NCBI GenBank assembly: GCA_050946655.1
Contig: JBMNVE010000001.1
Span: 54,364 to 118,363, forward strand
From: Anaerovoracaceae bacterium
Lineage (GTDB): Bacteria; Bacillota; Clostridia; Peptostreptococcales; Anaerovoracaceae
DNA: 64,000 nt
Reading direction: 5' to 3'
Shown in pieces: positions 56,842-64,000 of this stretch (position 1 is the first letter of the stretch; every line of letters starts with the position of its first letter). The notes beneath the pieces are model-generated. The model was given only the letters and a program-made list of their open reading frames with translations. It made no database searches and was not told the origin of the DNA. Both the position numbers and the translations under genes were made by a program.

Positions 56842-57393
56842 GTGATGATGCAGGGAAAAAAACAGGGCATTACGCCCCTTGAAGGCGAAGACCGCCGAGC
56901 ACAAATATTGAGAACCATCGCGGCAAGTGATGTGCCCATCAGCGGCTCTAAACTTGCCATGGAGTTCGGCGTCAGCCGCCAAGTCATCGTTCAGGATATC
57001 GCTTTATTGAAGGCCGCCGGAGAAGATATCCTCTCCACCGTCCGCGGTTATCATTGTCTTTCCCCAAAAGACTCCAGAAAGTATATCTATGTGGAACACG
57101 GACGGGAACAGATGGAAGAAGAACTGATCACCATCGTGGATAATGGTGGCCTCATCATCAATACGGGGATAGAGCATCCCATTTATGGGAAGGTACAGGT
57201 GGACATGAACATATCTTCCCGAAAGGATGTAAAGGCATTTATCCAAAAGTCCCTTGCAGATGACTTCTCTCCCCTCTCCGCCTTGACCTCGGGAAAACAC
57301 TTCCATCTGGTGGAAACACAAAGCCCTGAGGATATGCAGGGCATTTTCGCTGCCCTTGGGGAAATCGGCATCTTACAGAAGAAAAGCAAATAG
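56842..57393 (+). CDS. niaR: NAD biosynthesis transcriptional repressor NiaR (YrxA; HTH + 3H domain)
   Basis: RRAQILRTIAASDVPISGSKLAMEFGVSRQVIVQDIALLKAAGEDILST is the HTH_11-type N-terminus. The His-containing 3H region is IEHPIYG..HLVE. It is the last gene of the nadABC cluster. Confidence 0.88.
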   Translation: MMMQGKKQGITPLEGEDRRAQILRTIAASDVPISGSKLAMEFGVSRQVIVQDIALLKAAGEDILSTVRGYHCLSPKDSRKYIYVEHGREQMEEELITIVDNGGLIINTGIEHPIYGKVQVDMNISSRKDVKAFIQKSLADDFSPLSALTSGKHFHLVETQSPEDMQGIFAALGEIGILQKKSK

Positions 57394-57396
57394 AAA

Positions 57397-57633
57397 TCAG
57401 TTTTTCTTTTTCTTCTTTCCTGCCTTTTCGTCCTTCTTGATCTTACCCTTATTTTCTTGCTTCTTCATCAACTTCTTGATGTCCTTCTTACAATCGCCGC
57501 ACTTGGATCCGGCGCCTGTGGCTTTTTCTACGTCTTTATATGACTTAGCCCCCTTATCCATGGCCACCAAAACATCACCATAGGTTACCTTCTTACATTT
57601 ACATATTTTCTTGTCCTTATCCATTCCGCTCAC
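57397..57633 (-). CDS. BFD-like [2Fe-2S]-binding domain protein with a poly-Lys tail
   Basis: 78 aa. The Cys pattern C-x-C...C-x-x-C (ICKCKKVTYGDV...GSKCGDCKKDI) is typical of Fer2_BFD. The C-terminal 30 aa are Lys-rich. Confidence 0.75.
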   Translation of the reverse strand: MSGMDKDKKICKCKKVTYGDVLVAMDKGAKSYKDVEKATGAGSKCGDCKKDIKKLMKKQENKGKIKKDEKAGKKKKKN

Positions 57634-57770
57634 TCCTTTCTTTCCATGGTCTCAAACTCTTCATTGGTACACTTATTTTACCACAAGGATCTCTTTTCAT
57701 TCATGGGATTTGTCGATTCAGAAAAAAGCCTAAACCGGCATCCTGCTTGAGGCATATGCTTTTCCTTCCA

Positions 57771-57800
57771 CACAAAGAGGAGACGGCATACGCCGTCCCC
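57771..57800 (-). terminator. Probable intrinsic terminator after fprA
   Basis: The minus-strand RNA has GGGGACGGC-GUAU-GCCGUCUCC (9 bp, one G-U) followed by UCUUUGUGU. Confidence 0.5.
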
Positions 57801-57836
57801 CTTTCTGATCCATACCCCCTTTTCAGAAATCGATCA

Positions 57837-59051
57837 TTACTCTTCTTCGTTGACAGAGTCGATCAGGGCTTCCACCAGGCTGTCCATCTGAGGCAGACTG
57901 TTTTCATCCAGTGCCGAAAGCAAGGATGGCTGCTCATTGAGAACTGTGATTTCCTTCATTTCCTCATCCAAGAACTCCGCCATGAGGCTGCCGGACTTAG
58001 GCGCCCAGGAACCGTTTTCGATGACGGCAAATGTTCTCTTCTGCAGATTCAACGCCTTCATATCCATGAGGAAATTGTGCATCAGTGGGTACATCCCCAA
58101 ATTGTAGGTCACAGAGGCCAGCACTACGTGAGACAACCGGAAAGTCTCGGCAATGAGTGTGGATACATGTGTGTTGGAGACATCGTACATGACCACGTTG
58201 GTCACGCCGCCTTCCACCAACTTGCTGGCCAGCACCGTGGCTGCACTCTCAGTATTGCCGTACATGGATGCGTATACGATCATGATGCCCTTTTCTTCCG
58301 GCTCATATCTGCTCCACTTGTCATATTTCTCGATGAGATAGCCAAGGTCCTTTCTCCAAACAGGACCGTGTAGGGGGCAGAGCATCTTGATGTCGATGGT
58401 TCCCGCCTTCTTGAGGAGAGCCTGGACGTGAGGTCCGTACTTTCCTACGATGTTTGTGTAATAACGCCTGGCATCGTCGATCCAGTCTCTATCAAAGTCC
58501 ACTTCATCGGCAAAGAGCTTGCCGTTGAGAGCTCCAAAAGATCCGAAGGCATCTGCTGCGAAGAGCACGCCGTTGGTGGTGTCGAAGGATACCATGGCCT
58601 CAGGCCAGTGGACCATGGGCGCATAGACGAAGAGGACTTCGTGTTTTCCGAAGGACTGAGTGTCTCCTTCCACTACTTCTCTCATCTCATGGCCGTCGAT
58701 CTTGAAGCCGAACTGGCGCATCATCATAAAGGCTTTCTCCGTACTGATGATGGTCACTTCCGGATACCTGATGAGAATCTCCTCAATGGAAGCACCGTGA
58801 TCCGGCTCCATGTGGTTGATCACCAGATAGTCAAGGGGTCTTCCGTCCAGCACATGCTCTACGTTTTCAAAGAACTGCTTCCCTGCGGACCAATCCACAG
58901 TGTCAAAGAGTGCTGTTTTTTCGTCCATGAGCAAGTATGCGTTGTAGGATACTCCTCTTGGAATGGGGTGAATGTTTTCAAAAAGATGTAGTCTCCTGTC
59001 GTTCCCGCCGACCCAGTAGAGATCATCCGTAACTTTTCTTACACAATGCAT
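57837..59051 (-). CDS. fprA: Class A flavodiiron protein (FprA-type O2/NO reductase; MBL diiron domain + flavodoxin domain)
   Basis: 404 aa. Diiron motif HMEPDH (HxExDH). Flavodoxin start IMIVYASMYGNTE. A GAGGAGG RBS lies in the 13-nt gap after the upstream gene. Confidence 0.9.
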   Translation of the reverse strand: MHCVRKVTDDLYWVGGNDRRLHLFENIHPIPRGVSYNAYLLMDEKTALFDTVDWSAGKQFFENVEHVLDGRPLDYLVINHMEPDHGASIEEILIRYPEVTIISTEKAFMMMRQFGFKIDGHEMREVVEGDTQSFGKHEVLFVYAPMVHWPEAMVSFDTTNGVLFAADAFGSFGALNGKLFADEVDFDRDWIDDARRYYTNIVGKYGPHVQALLKKAGTIDIKMLCPLHGPVWRKDLGYLIEKYDKWSRYEPEEKGIMIVYASMYGNTESAATVLASKLVEGGVTNVVMYDVSNTHVSTLIAETFRLSHVVLASVTYNLGMYPLMHNFLMDMKALNLQKRTFAVIENGSWAPKSGSLMAEFLDEEMKEITVLNEQPSLLSALDENSLPQMDSLVEALIDSVNEEE

Positions 59052-59064
59052 ATTCTAACCTCCT

Positions 59065-60969
59065 CTATACCTCAATAAACATATCTTTTTCTTCGCCACA
59101 GTCCGGACAGATCCATTCATCAGGAAGCTTGTCGAAGAGTGTTCCCGGTGCCACTTCTCCTTCTTCGTCGCCCAGGTCTGCATCGTACTCGTATCCACAG
59201 CCATTGCATACGTACAGCTTGTAGCTCTTGGGCTCCTTCTTGGGTGTGGGTCTCTTCATCTTGACCGCAGGAGGTGCAACCTTCTTGGGTTCACCATTGT
59301 CCAGGGCCTTGATGAGAAGAGGCAGGATCTCCATCAGATCTCCTACGATACCGTAGTCCGCATTTTTAAAGATGGCCGCATTTTTGTTCTTGTTGATGGC
59401 CACAATAGTGGTGGCATCCCTGATGCCCTTCAAGTGCTGCCCTGCTCCCGAAATTCCGCAGGCGATGTAGAGATTTCCATTGAAATTCTGTCCGGACATC
59501 CCCACATATCGATTGAGGGGCAGGTACTTCTGAGTCTCAGCTACCGGTCTGGAACATCCGATTGCCGCTCCCGCTTGGACCGCTAGGTCCTCGATCAGTT
59601 TCATATTGGCCTTTTCGCCGATTCCCTTTCCGGCACTGACAACTCTGTCTGCCTGAGCAATGGGCGTATCCAGGTCGATGCCCACGGTGAAGTCGTATCC
59701 ATCCTTTTTGAGGGCTGCCACCAAGGCCTCCACCTTTTCCTTGGGAGAACCGGAAGTAAATAGTTCCTTCTTTCTGATCCCCGCAATGGGTCCCTTCCCC
59801 TTCTTCCTGCGGAAGGTTTCCTTGGGTTCCTTGCCCAAAATGCTGGCTGCAATGACCACCCTTTGGATCTCACTGGTTCCTTCGTAGATGGTGCAGATCT
59901 TGGCGTCTCTGTAGAATCGCTCCACTTCCATGCCCTTCAAGTATCCGTTTCCGCCGTGGATCTGCAAGGCTTCGTTGACAACTTCCAAGCAGATCTCAGA
60001 TGTGTAACCCTTGGCCATGGCCGATTCCACTCCGTAAGGTTCACCATTGTCTTTCATCTCGGCCGCACTGTAGATCATGAATCTTGCCGCTCTGATCTTA
60101 GTTGCCATATCGGCGATCTTGAAGGAGTTGATCTGTTGGAAAGCAATGGGCTTACCGAACTGTTCTCTTTCCTTTGCATACTCTACCGATACTTCAAATG
60201 CTCCTTGTGCAATACCCAGTGCCTGGGAGGCTATGCCGATCCTGCCGCCGTCCAAGGTACTCATGGCAATTTTGAAGCCCTGTCCTTCCTTGCCCAGAAG
60301 GTTTTCTACCGGGACTTTCACATCGTTAAAGATCAGTTCTGCCGTGGAAGATGATCGGATACCCATCTTGTCGTAGTGGTCACCAAACTCAAAACCTTCC
60401 CAGCCCTTCTCCACAATAAATGCGCTGATCCCCTTGATGCCGATATCCGGTGTGGTCACTGCAAAGACGATGTACGTGTCAGCAATATCTGCGTTGGTGA
60501 TGAATATCTTGCCTCCATTGAGAAGATAGTGGTCGCCACGGTACTCCGCTGTAGTCTCGGTACCGCCGGCATCACTTCCCGCATTGGGCTCAGTTAAACC
60601 AAAGGCTCCCAGCTTTTCCCCTTTTGCCAGAGGTACTAAATACTTCATCTTCTGCTCTTCCGTACCAAAGGCATAGATGGGATATGATCCCAAGGAAACA
60701 TGAGCAGACAAGATAACACCCGTTCCTCCATCTACTCTGGACAGCTCTTCTACGGCGATGGCATAGGAGATAGAATCCAGTCCTGCACCACCATATTTTT
60801 TGGGGAATGGGATGCCCATCAGTCCCATCTCACCCAATTTCTTCACTGCATCATGAGGAAACTCGTTGTTCTGATCCATCATAAATGCCAAAGGCTTTAC
60901 CTCTTCTTCTGCAAAGGCTCTGATCTTTTTGCGGATCTCCTCATGTTGCTCCGTTGTTTTAAATAGCAT
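59065..60969 (-). CDS. Triple fusion: acyl-CoA dehydrogenase + EtfA C-terminal FAD-binding domain + rubredoxin
   Basis: 634 aa.
- Residues 1-~380 are a Bcd paralogue ([20 protein letters not shown], catalytic-Glu context TIYEGTSE).
- Residues ~400-565 parallel the EtfA of this window ([17 protein letters not shown] vs LYLACGISGAIQHVAGM; [11 protein letters not shown] vs AINKNDTAAVF; DYGIVGD).
- Residues ~585-634 are [10 protein letters not shown]...WICPDCG (rubredoxin CxxCG..CPxCG). Confidence 0.85.
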   Translation of the reverse strand: MLFKTTEQHEEIRKKIRAFAEEEVKPLAFMMDQNNEFPHDAVKKLGEMGLMGIPFPKKYGGAGLDSISYAIAVEELSRVDGGTGVILSAHVSLGSYPIYAFGTEEQKMKYLVPLAKGEKLGAFGLTEPNAGSDAGGTETTAEYRGDHYLLNGGKIFITNADIADTYIVFAVTTPDIGIKGISAFIVEKGWEGFEFGDHYDKMGIRSSSTAELIFNDVKVPVENLLGKEGQGFKIAMSTLDGGRIGIASQALGIAQGAFEVSVEYAKEREQFGKPIAFQQINSFKIADMATKIRAARFMIYSAAEMKDNGEPYGVESAMAKGYTSEICLEVVNEALQIHGGNGYLKGMEVERFYRDAKICTIYEGTSEIQRVVIAASILGKEPKETFRRKKGKGPIAGIRKKELFTSGSPKEKVEALVAALKKDGYDFTVGIDLDTPIAQADRVVSAGKGIGEKANMKLIEDLAVQAGAAIGCSRPVAETQKYLPLNRYVGMSGQNFNGNLYIACGISGAGQHLKGIRDATTIVAINKNKNAAIFKNADYGIVGDLMEILPLLIKALDNGEPKKVAPPAVKMKRPTPKKEPKSYKLYVCNGCGYEYDADLGDEEGEVAPGTLFDKLPDEWICPDCGEEKDMFIEV

Positions 60970-61041
60970 ACAGTATACCTCCTTTATATTTGTTTTCCGG
61001 TTTTGCTTGCCTTTATCATATCTCCTTTAATTTTCTTTTGT

Positions 61042-61057
61042 TGTGGCAAATGCCACA
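61042..61057. promoter_or_regulatory. Crp/Fnr-type palindromic box in the divergent acad-rd / crp promoter region
   Basis: TGTGG-CAAATG-CCACA, a perfect 5-6-5 palindrome (compare the Crp consensus TGTGA-N6-TCACA). It lies 73-88 nt upstream of the fusion-gene ATG and just upstream of the -10 of the crp-family gene. Confidence 0.6.
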
Positions 61058-61063
61058 GTATTG

Positions 61064-61072
61064 TGATATAAT
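61064..61072 (+). promoter_or_regulatory. Extended -10 element of the Crp/Fnr-family gene promoter
   Basis: TGATATAAT, 25 nt upstream of ATG 61097. An AAGGAGG RBS follows. Confidence 0.55.
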
Positions 61073-61096
61073 CCATATTATATTAAGGAGGTTGCC

Positions 61097-61738
61097 ATGA
61101 ACATCTCATTGGACAGAAATATTTCAAAAGATTCTTTGGAAAAAATGACCGCTTGCTTCAAGCCGGAGTTCAAAGATTATGAAGCCGGCGAGACCATCAT
61201 GCAGTTTTCCTACGAGATCCAAAACATCGGCGTGATCATCAAGGGCAAAGCCCGCCTTGTGGGGATCAATGCCGATGGCGAATACATCATTACAGAGAAC
61301 TACTCTTCTCGGGACGTCTTCGGAGAACTGTTTTCCTTTCCCTTGGAGGGCTATGAGTATTATGTAGAAGCGGTAGACGACTGCAGGGTGATCTATCTGG
61401 ACTACGACCACACCATCTCCCCTTGCGACAACGTCTGCCCTCACCATTCCCAGTTGATCAGCAATCTGTTTTACCTTACGGCACAAAAATCACAGGCCCT
61501 GACCCTGCACCTGAATATCCTCAACCAGCACACCATTCGGAAGAAACTTCTGACCTACCTGAGATACATCCACGGAAAGACCGGGGAAGATACTTTCGAG
61601 ATACCCATGTCATTGGTGGCGCTGGCCGAGTACTTATGTGTGGATCGAAGTGCGCTCATGCGAGAGATTCGGCTCCTAAAAAAAGAAGGGATCTTGGACT
61701 CCAACAGACGGCAATTCACATTTCTCAAACATGAATAG
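61097..61738 (+). CDS. Crp/Fnr family transcriptional regulator
   Basis: 213 aa. cNMP-binding-like beta-barrel (GETIMQF..GVIIKGKARL..RDVFGELF) and a C-terminal HTH (MSLVALAEYLCVDRSALMREIRLLKKEGIL). There is an unusual CDNVCPHH string at residues 110-117. Confidence 0.85.
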   Translation: MNISLDRNISKDSLEKMTACFKPEFKDYEAGETIMQFSYEIQNIGVIIKGKARLVGINADGEYIITENYSSRDVFGELFSFPLEGYEYYVEAVDDCRVIYLDYDHTISPCDNVCPHHSQLISNLFYLTAQKSQALTLHLNILNQHTIRKKLLTYLRYIHGKTGEDTFEIPMSLVALAEYLCVDRSALMREIRLLKKEGILDSNRRQFTFLKHE

Positions 61739-61868
61739 CAATCCCTTTCCCACCGGGGTGTCTCCTTATCCCGGAAGCATTTTTGCGCGCAATTTTTTAG
61801 ACTATTTAGATGGTCGGCAAAAAATCTTGACCTTCCCCACTGTAGCCCCGGAATGTCAGGACAAAATA

Positions 61869-61910
61869 CCGACATCCTCTCCATGACACGACTGATGTTG
61901 GGATTTTTTT
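61869..61910 (+). terminator. Possible intrinsic terminator downstream of the crp-family gene
   Basis: CCGACATC..loop..GATGTTGG (one G-U) followed by GATTTTTTT. Confidence 0.35.
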
Positions 61911-62063
61911 ACTCTGGATCTGCTCGTGGCGTGCACAGAAAGCTGTTTTAAGCCATTTATCAGCCGCAAAATCCCATTTTTCTTCTTCCTTTTCGGTCAA
62001 TGTCAAGATTTTTTGTGGACAGAACCGAGAATCTACAAGGTTGGACTTCGCTTCATGGGGTCG

Positions 62064-62096
62064 GATGAAAAAGACCACCGGCTCAGCCGGTGGTCT
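62064..62096 (-). terminator. Intrinsic terminator after the ABC permease gene
   Basis: The minus-strand RNA has AAGACCACCGGC-UGAG-CCGGUGGUCUU followed by UUUCAUC. Confidence 0.75.
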
Positions 62097-62175
62097 TGAT
62101 TTTATGGTATGTGTCATATTGGTGATACAGTCTATTAGCGTTGTTCTTTTGGCAATTATGACTGAGCATCCTCAA

Positions 62176-62967
62176 CTACTCCAGATTCAGTTTCTTCTTC
62201 AAAATGTGGTGGGTGATCACGTAATATGCCACAGATAAGATTGCCGAATGGGCTCCTATGACCAGAAGGATGAGGTGGTAGGACGCATCACCTTCCAAGG
62301 CGAAGCTCAGTTTGCTCGTCTCTCCTATTACGGCTATGCCAATGCCGATTCTTCCCATGAAGAAAACGATGATGGTCTCGGCGACATTGAGTCCTACATA
62401 GGCAAGGATGGCTCCCAGTATCCTATAATTGCTCCACAGGTGGCCAAGAGAGATGGCGGCGTAGATTTGAAGGATCGTATGGGCCATGCTCAAGAAGAGC
62501 ACCACCAGAAATTCCACCGAATACAAGAAACCCTTGGCTCCCACCAGTTCCCACATCCTGCTGAACAGCATCCCGATTTCCGATAGCCTCAGCTCTCCTG
62601 TGGATGCGATGATGATCATCGCAGAGAGGATGCCAACGATGGAGCCGATGGTCATCCATATTATTGCTGTGATTCCTTTATTCCAAATATGTCTCCCTGT
62701 AGTTACCGGGAGAGCAAAAGTGAGATAACCTTCATTTCCCAGCAAGTTCTTGTAGAACCTCTGCACAATGAGGATGACCGTCATTACCGCGGCACCGATG
62801 GCCACCGCCGAATACAGCAAGATGACGATCCCTTTGAATATTGTCCAGACATCTAGGATATTTACCACGATCCCCATGACCAGGGACATGAATAGTAACG
62901 CCACATACAGAGGCAGAAGGATTCGCCCCATGGCACTCATTTCATACTTCATCAATTTCCCTAGCAT
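62176..62967 (-). CDS. Multi-pass membrane protein, putative permease partner of the adjacent ABC ATPase
   Basis: 263 aa with about 6 hydrophobic segments. Its start overlaps the ATPase stop by 7 nt. Confidence 0.65.
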   Translation of the reverse strand: MLGKLMKYEMSAMGRILLPLYVALLFMSLVMGIVVNILDVWTIFKGIVILLYSAVAIGAAVMTVILIVQRFYKNLLGNEGYLTFALPVTTGRHIWNKGITAIIWMTIGSIVGILSAMIIIASTGELRLSEIGMLFSRMWELVGAKGFLYSVEFLVVLFLSMAHTILQIYAAISLGHLWSNYRILGAILAYVGLNVAETIIVFFMGRIGIGIAVIGETSKLSFALEGDASYHLILLVIGAHSAILSVAYYVITHHILKKKLNLE

Positions 62968-63656
62968 TTGAACACCTCCCTGAACAATACATCTACGCTC
63001 TTTCCCTCTTCTTCTCTCAACTCCTCCGCCTGCTTGTCTAGCACTATTTCTCCGGCCTTTAAAAACACGACTCCGTCCAGCACCGATTCCACATCGGAAA
63101 TCAAATGGGTAGAAATGATGACTAAGGAATCCTCACTGTAATTGGATATGATGGTTCTTAGGATATAATCCCGTGCTGCCGGATCCACCCCCGCAATGGG
63201 TTCATCGAGAAAATATATTTTTGCATTGCGGCTCATGGTCAAGATCAGCTGTACCTTCTCCCTGTTCCCCTTTGAAAATTTCTTCATGGGGATATCTAAC
63301 GGTAGTCCTAAGTTTTGAAACATTTCCCTTGCTTTTCCTTCATCAAAATCCTTAAAAAAGTCTTTATAGAGCTTGATCAGTTTTTCGATGGGCAGGTAGA
63401 GAGGCAAGAACTCCCTATCCGGCAGATAAGCAACCATTGCTTTGGTCTCCGGCCCCGGCATCTTTCCATCGATAAGAACCTGTCCGCCGTCGGGCACCAA
63501 AAGGCCGTTTGCCAGTTTGATCATGGTGGTCTTTCCCGAGCCGTTGGGCCCCAGAAGACCGACAATCTGCCCCGCTCCTAAACTCAGATCCACATTGGAT
63601 AGTGCCGTCATTCCGCTGTACCTCTTTGTTACGCCTTTGCATTCAAACAAACTCAT
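62961..63656 (-). CDS. ABC transporter ATP-binding protein
   Basis: Walker A GPNGSGKTT, signature-like FSKGNREK, and Walker B YFLDEP. ATG 63656 forms an ATGA overlap with the GntR gene stop. Confidence 0.9.
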   Translation of the reverse strand: MSLFECKGVTKRYSGMTALSNVDLSLGAGQIVGLLGPNGSGKTTMIKLANGLLVPDGGQVLIDGKMPGPETKAMVAYLPDREFLPLYLPIEKLIKLYKDFFKDFDEGKAREMFQNLGLPLDIPMKKFSKGNREKVQLILTMSRNAKIYFLDEPIAGVDPAARDYILRTIISNYSEDSLVIISTHLISDVESVLDGVVFLKAGEIVLDKQAEELREEEGKSVDVLFREVFKC

Positions 63657-64000
63657 TTTTCTGCCTCCTCTGCCCACTTGGCCACTGCTTTTACGATTTG
63701 TTCTTTATTCATTCCCATCTTTTCCAAATTTGTAAAGAGTTCACGGATAAACTCTTCTCCCAGCGCTATCCTCATCTTGTCCAATGTTTCTTCCTCCTTG
63801 GTCACAAACCTTCCGTTGGTCCTCTCCGTATAAAACAGTCCTTCCCTTTCCATTTCCGTCAATGCCCTTTGCATGGTATTGGGATTCACGGCTGCCTCCA
63901 TGGCCAGCTCTCTAACCGCAGGTAGTTTTTCTCCCGGCTTGTACACGCCTTTGGCAATGCTCAATTTCATTTGTTCCACGATCTGTGTATATATCGGTAA
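63653..64000 (-). CDS. GntR family (YtrA subfamily) transcriptional regulator; the 5' end lies beyond the window
   Basis: The reading frame stays open to the window edge (..PIYTQIVEQMKLSIAKGVYKPGEKLPAVRELAMEAAVNPNTMQRALTEMEREG), which is the GntR wHTH. The short C-terminus is typical of YtrA-type regulators that head ABC operons. Confidence 0.85.
   Translation of the reverse strand, partial: LPIYTQIVEQMKLSIAKGVYKPGEKLPAVRELAMEAAVNPNTMQRALTEMEREGLFYTERTNGRFVTKEEETLDKMRIALGEEFIRELFTNLEKMGMNKEQIVKAVAKWAEEAEK

Noticed and set aside
61806-62117. 103-aa minus-strand ORF between the crp-family gene and the ABC operon
   Set aside because: It starts inside the ABC operon terminator hairpin and has no RBS and no recognisable family. 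It spans the inverted repeats and is more likely non-coding.
1-64000. A scan for CRISPR arrays, IS/transposase genes, integrases, rRNA, tmRNA, RNase P or SRP RNA, and long tandem repeats
   Set aside because: I saw none. There is no periodic repeat-spacer pattern, no DDE or serine/tyrosine recombinase-like translation in the ORF track, and no rRNA-like conserved strings.

Overview
This 64-kb chromosomal window comes from a Gram-positive anaerobe, judged Clostridia-like from gene content and synteny. GC looks mid-40s to about 50% by eye. No search tools were available, so every call rests on motifs I recognise in the supplied translations and on my own reading of the DNA. I support about 58 protein genes, 3 tRNAs, 1 lysine riboswitch, and several sigma-A promoters, intrinsic terminators and palindromic operators. 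I saw no CRISPR array, IS element, rRNA or prophage.

Layout:
- 1-22.8 kb: an almost uninterrupted minus-strand housekeeping array. It runs mtaB, CNNM/CBS transporter, U32 (TrhP-like), O-methyltransferase, mltG, then a terminator. It continues with efp, short M24 peptidase, ylbF-like, rnj, leuS, rsfS, yqeK, nadD, aspS, hisS, hemZ-like, MBL hydrolase, relA, secDF and tRNA-Leu-yajC.
- 22.9-28.4 kb: the most accessory-looking stretch. It holds an orphan 1211-aa RND pump with a ~180-aa helical insertion, bracketed by two different tRNA-Leu genes. Next to it is an AbiEi/AbiEii abortive-infection/TA pair of lower GC.
- 28.6-43 kb: ALDH, orphan family-5 SBP, coaE, polA, two lipoproteins, hisJ-family phosphatase, hisD, an L-box-controlled dapA-dapB-lysA operon, and gap.
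- 44-53 kb: tRNA-Pro, an orphan radical-SAM/SPASM gene with a ~500-bp unexplained upstream region, an acyl-CoA thioesterase with a 22-bp perfect palindrome, and a CoA-transferase/Fe-ADH/crt/bcd/etfBA operon lacking thl and hbd.
- 53.8-57.4 kb: nadA-nadB-nadC-niaR.
- 57.4-61.7 kb: the best candidate for something not yet characterised. An acyl-CoA dehydrogenase fused to an EtfA FAD domain and a rubredoxin is translationally coupled to a flavodiiron protein. A BFD-like 2Fe-2S protein lies downstream, and a divergent Crp/Fnr regulator with a Crp-type palindrome lies upstream.
- 62-64 kb: a GntR(YtrA)-ABC ATPase-permease module, cut by the window edge.
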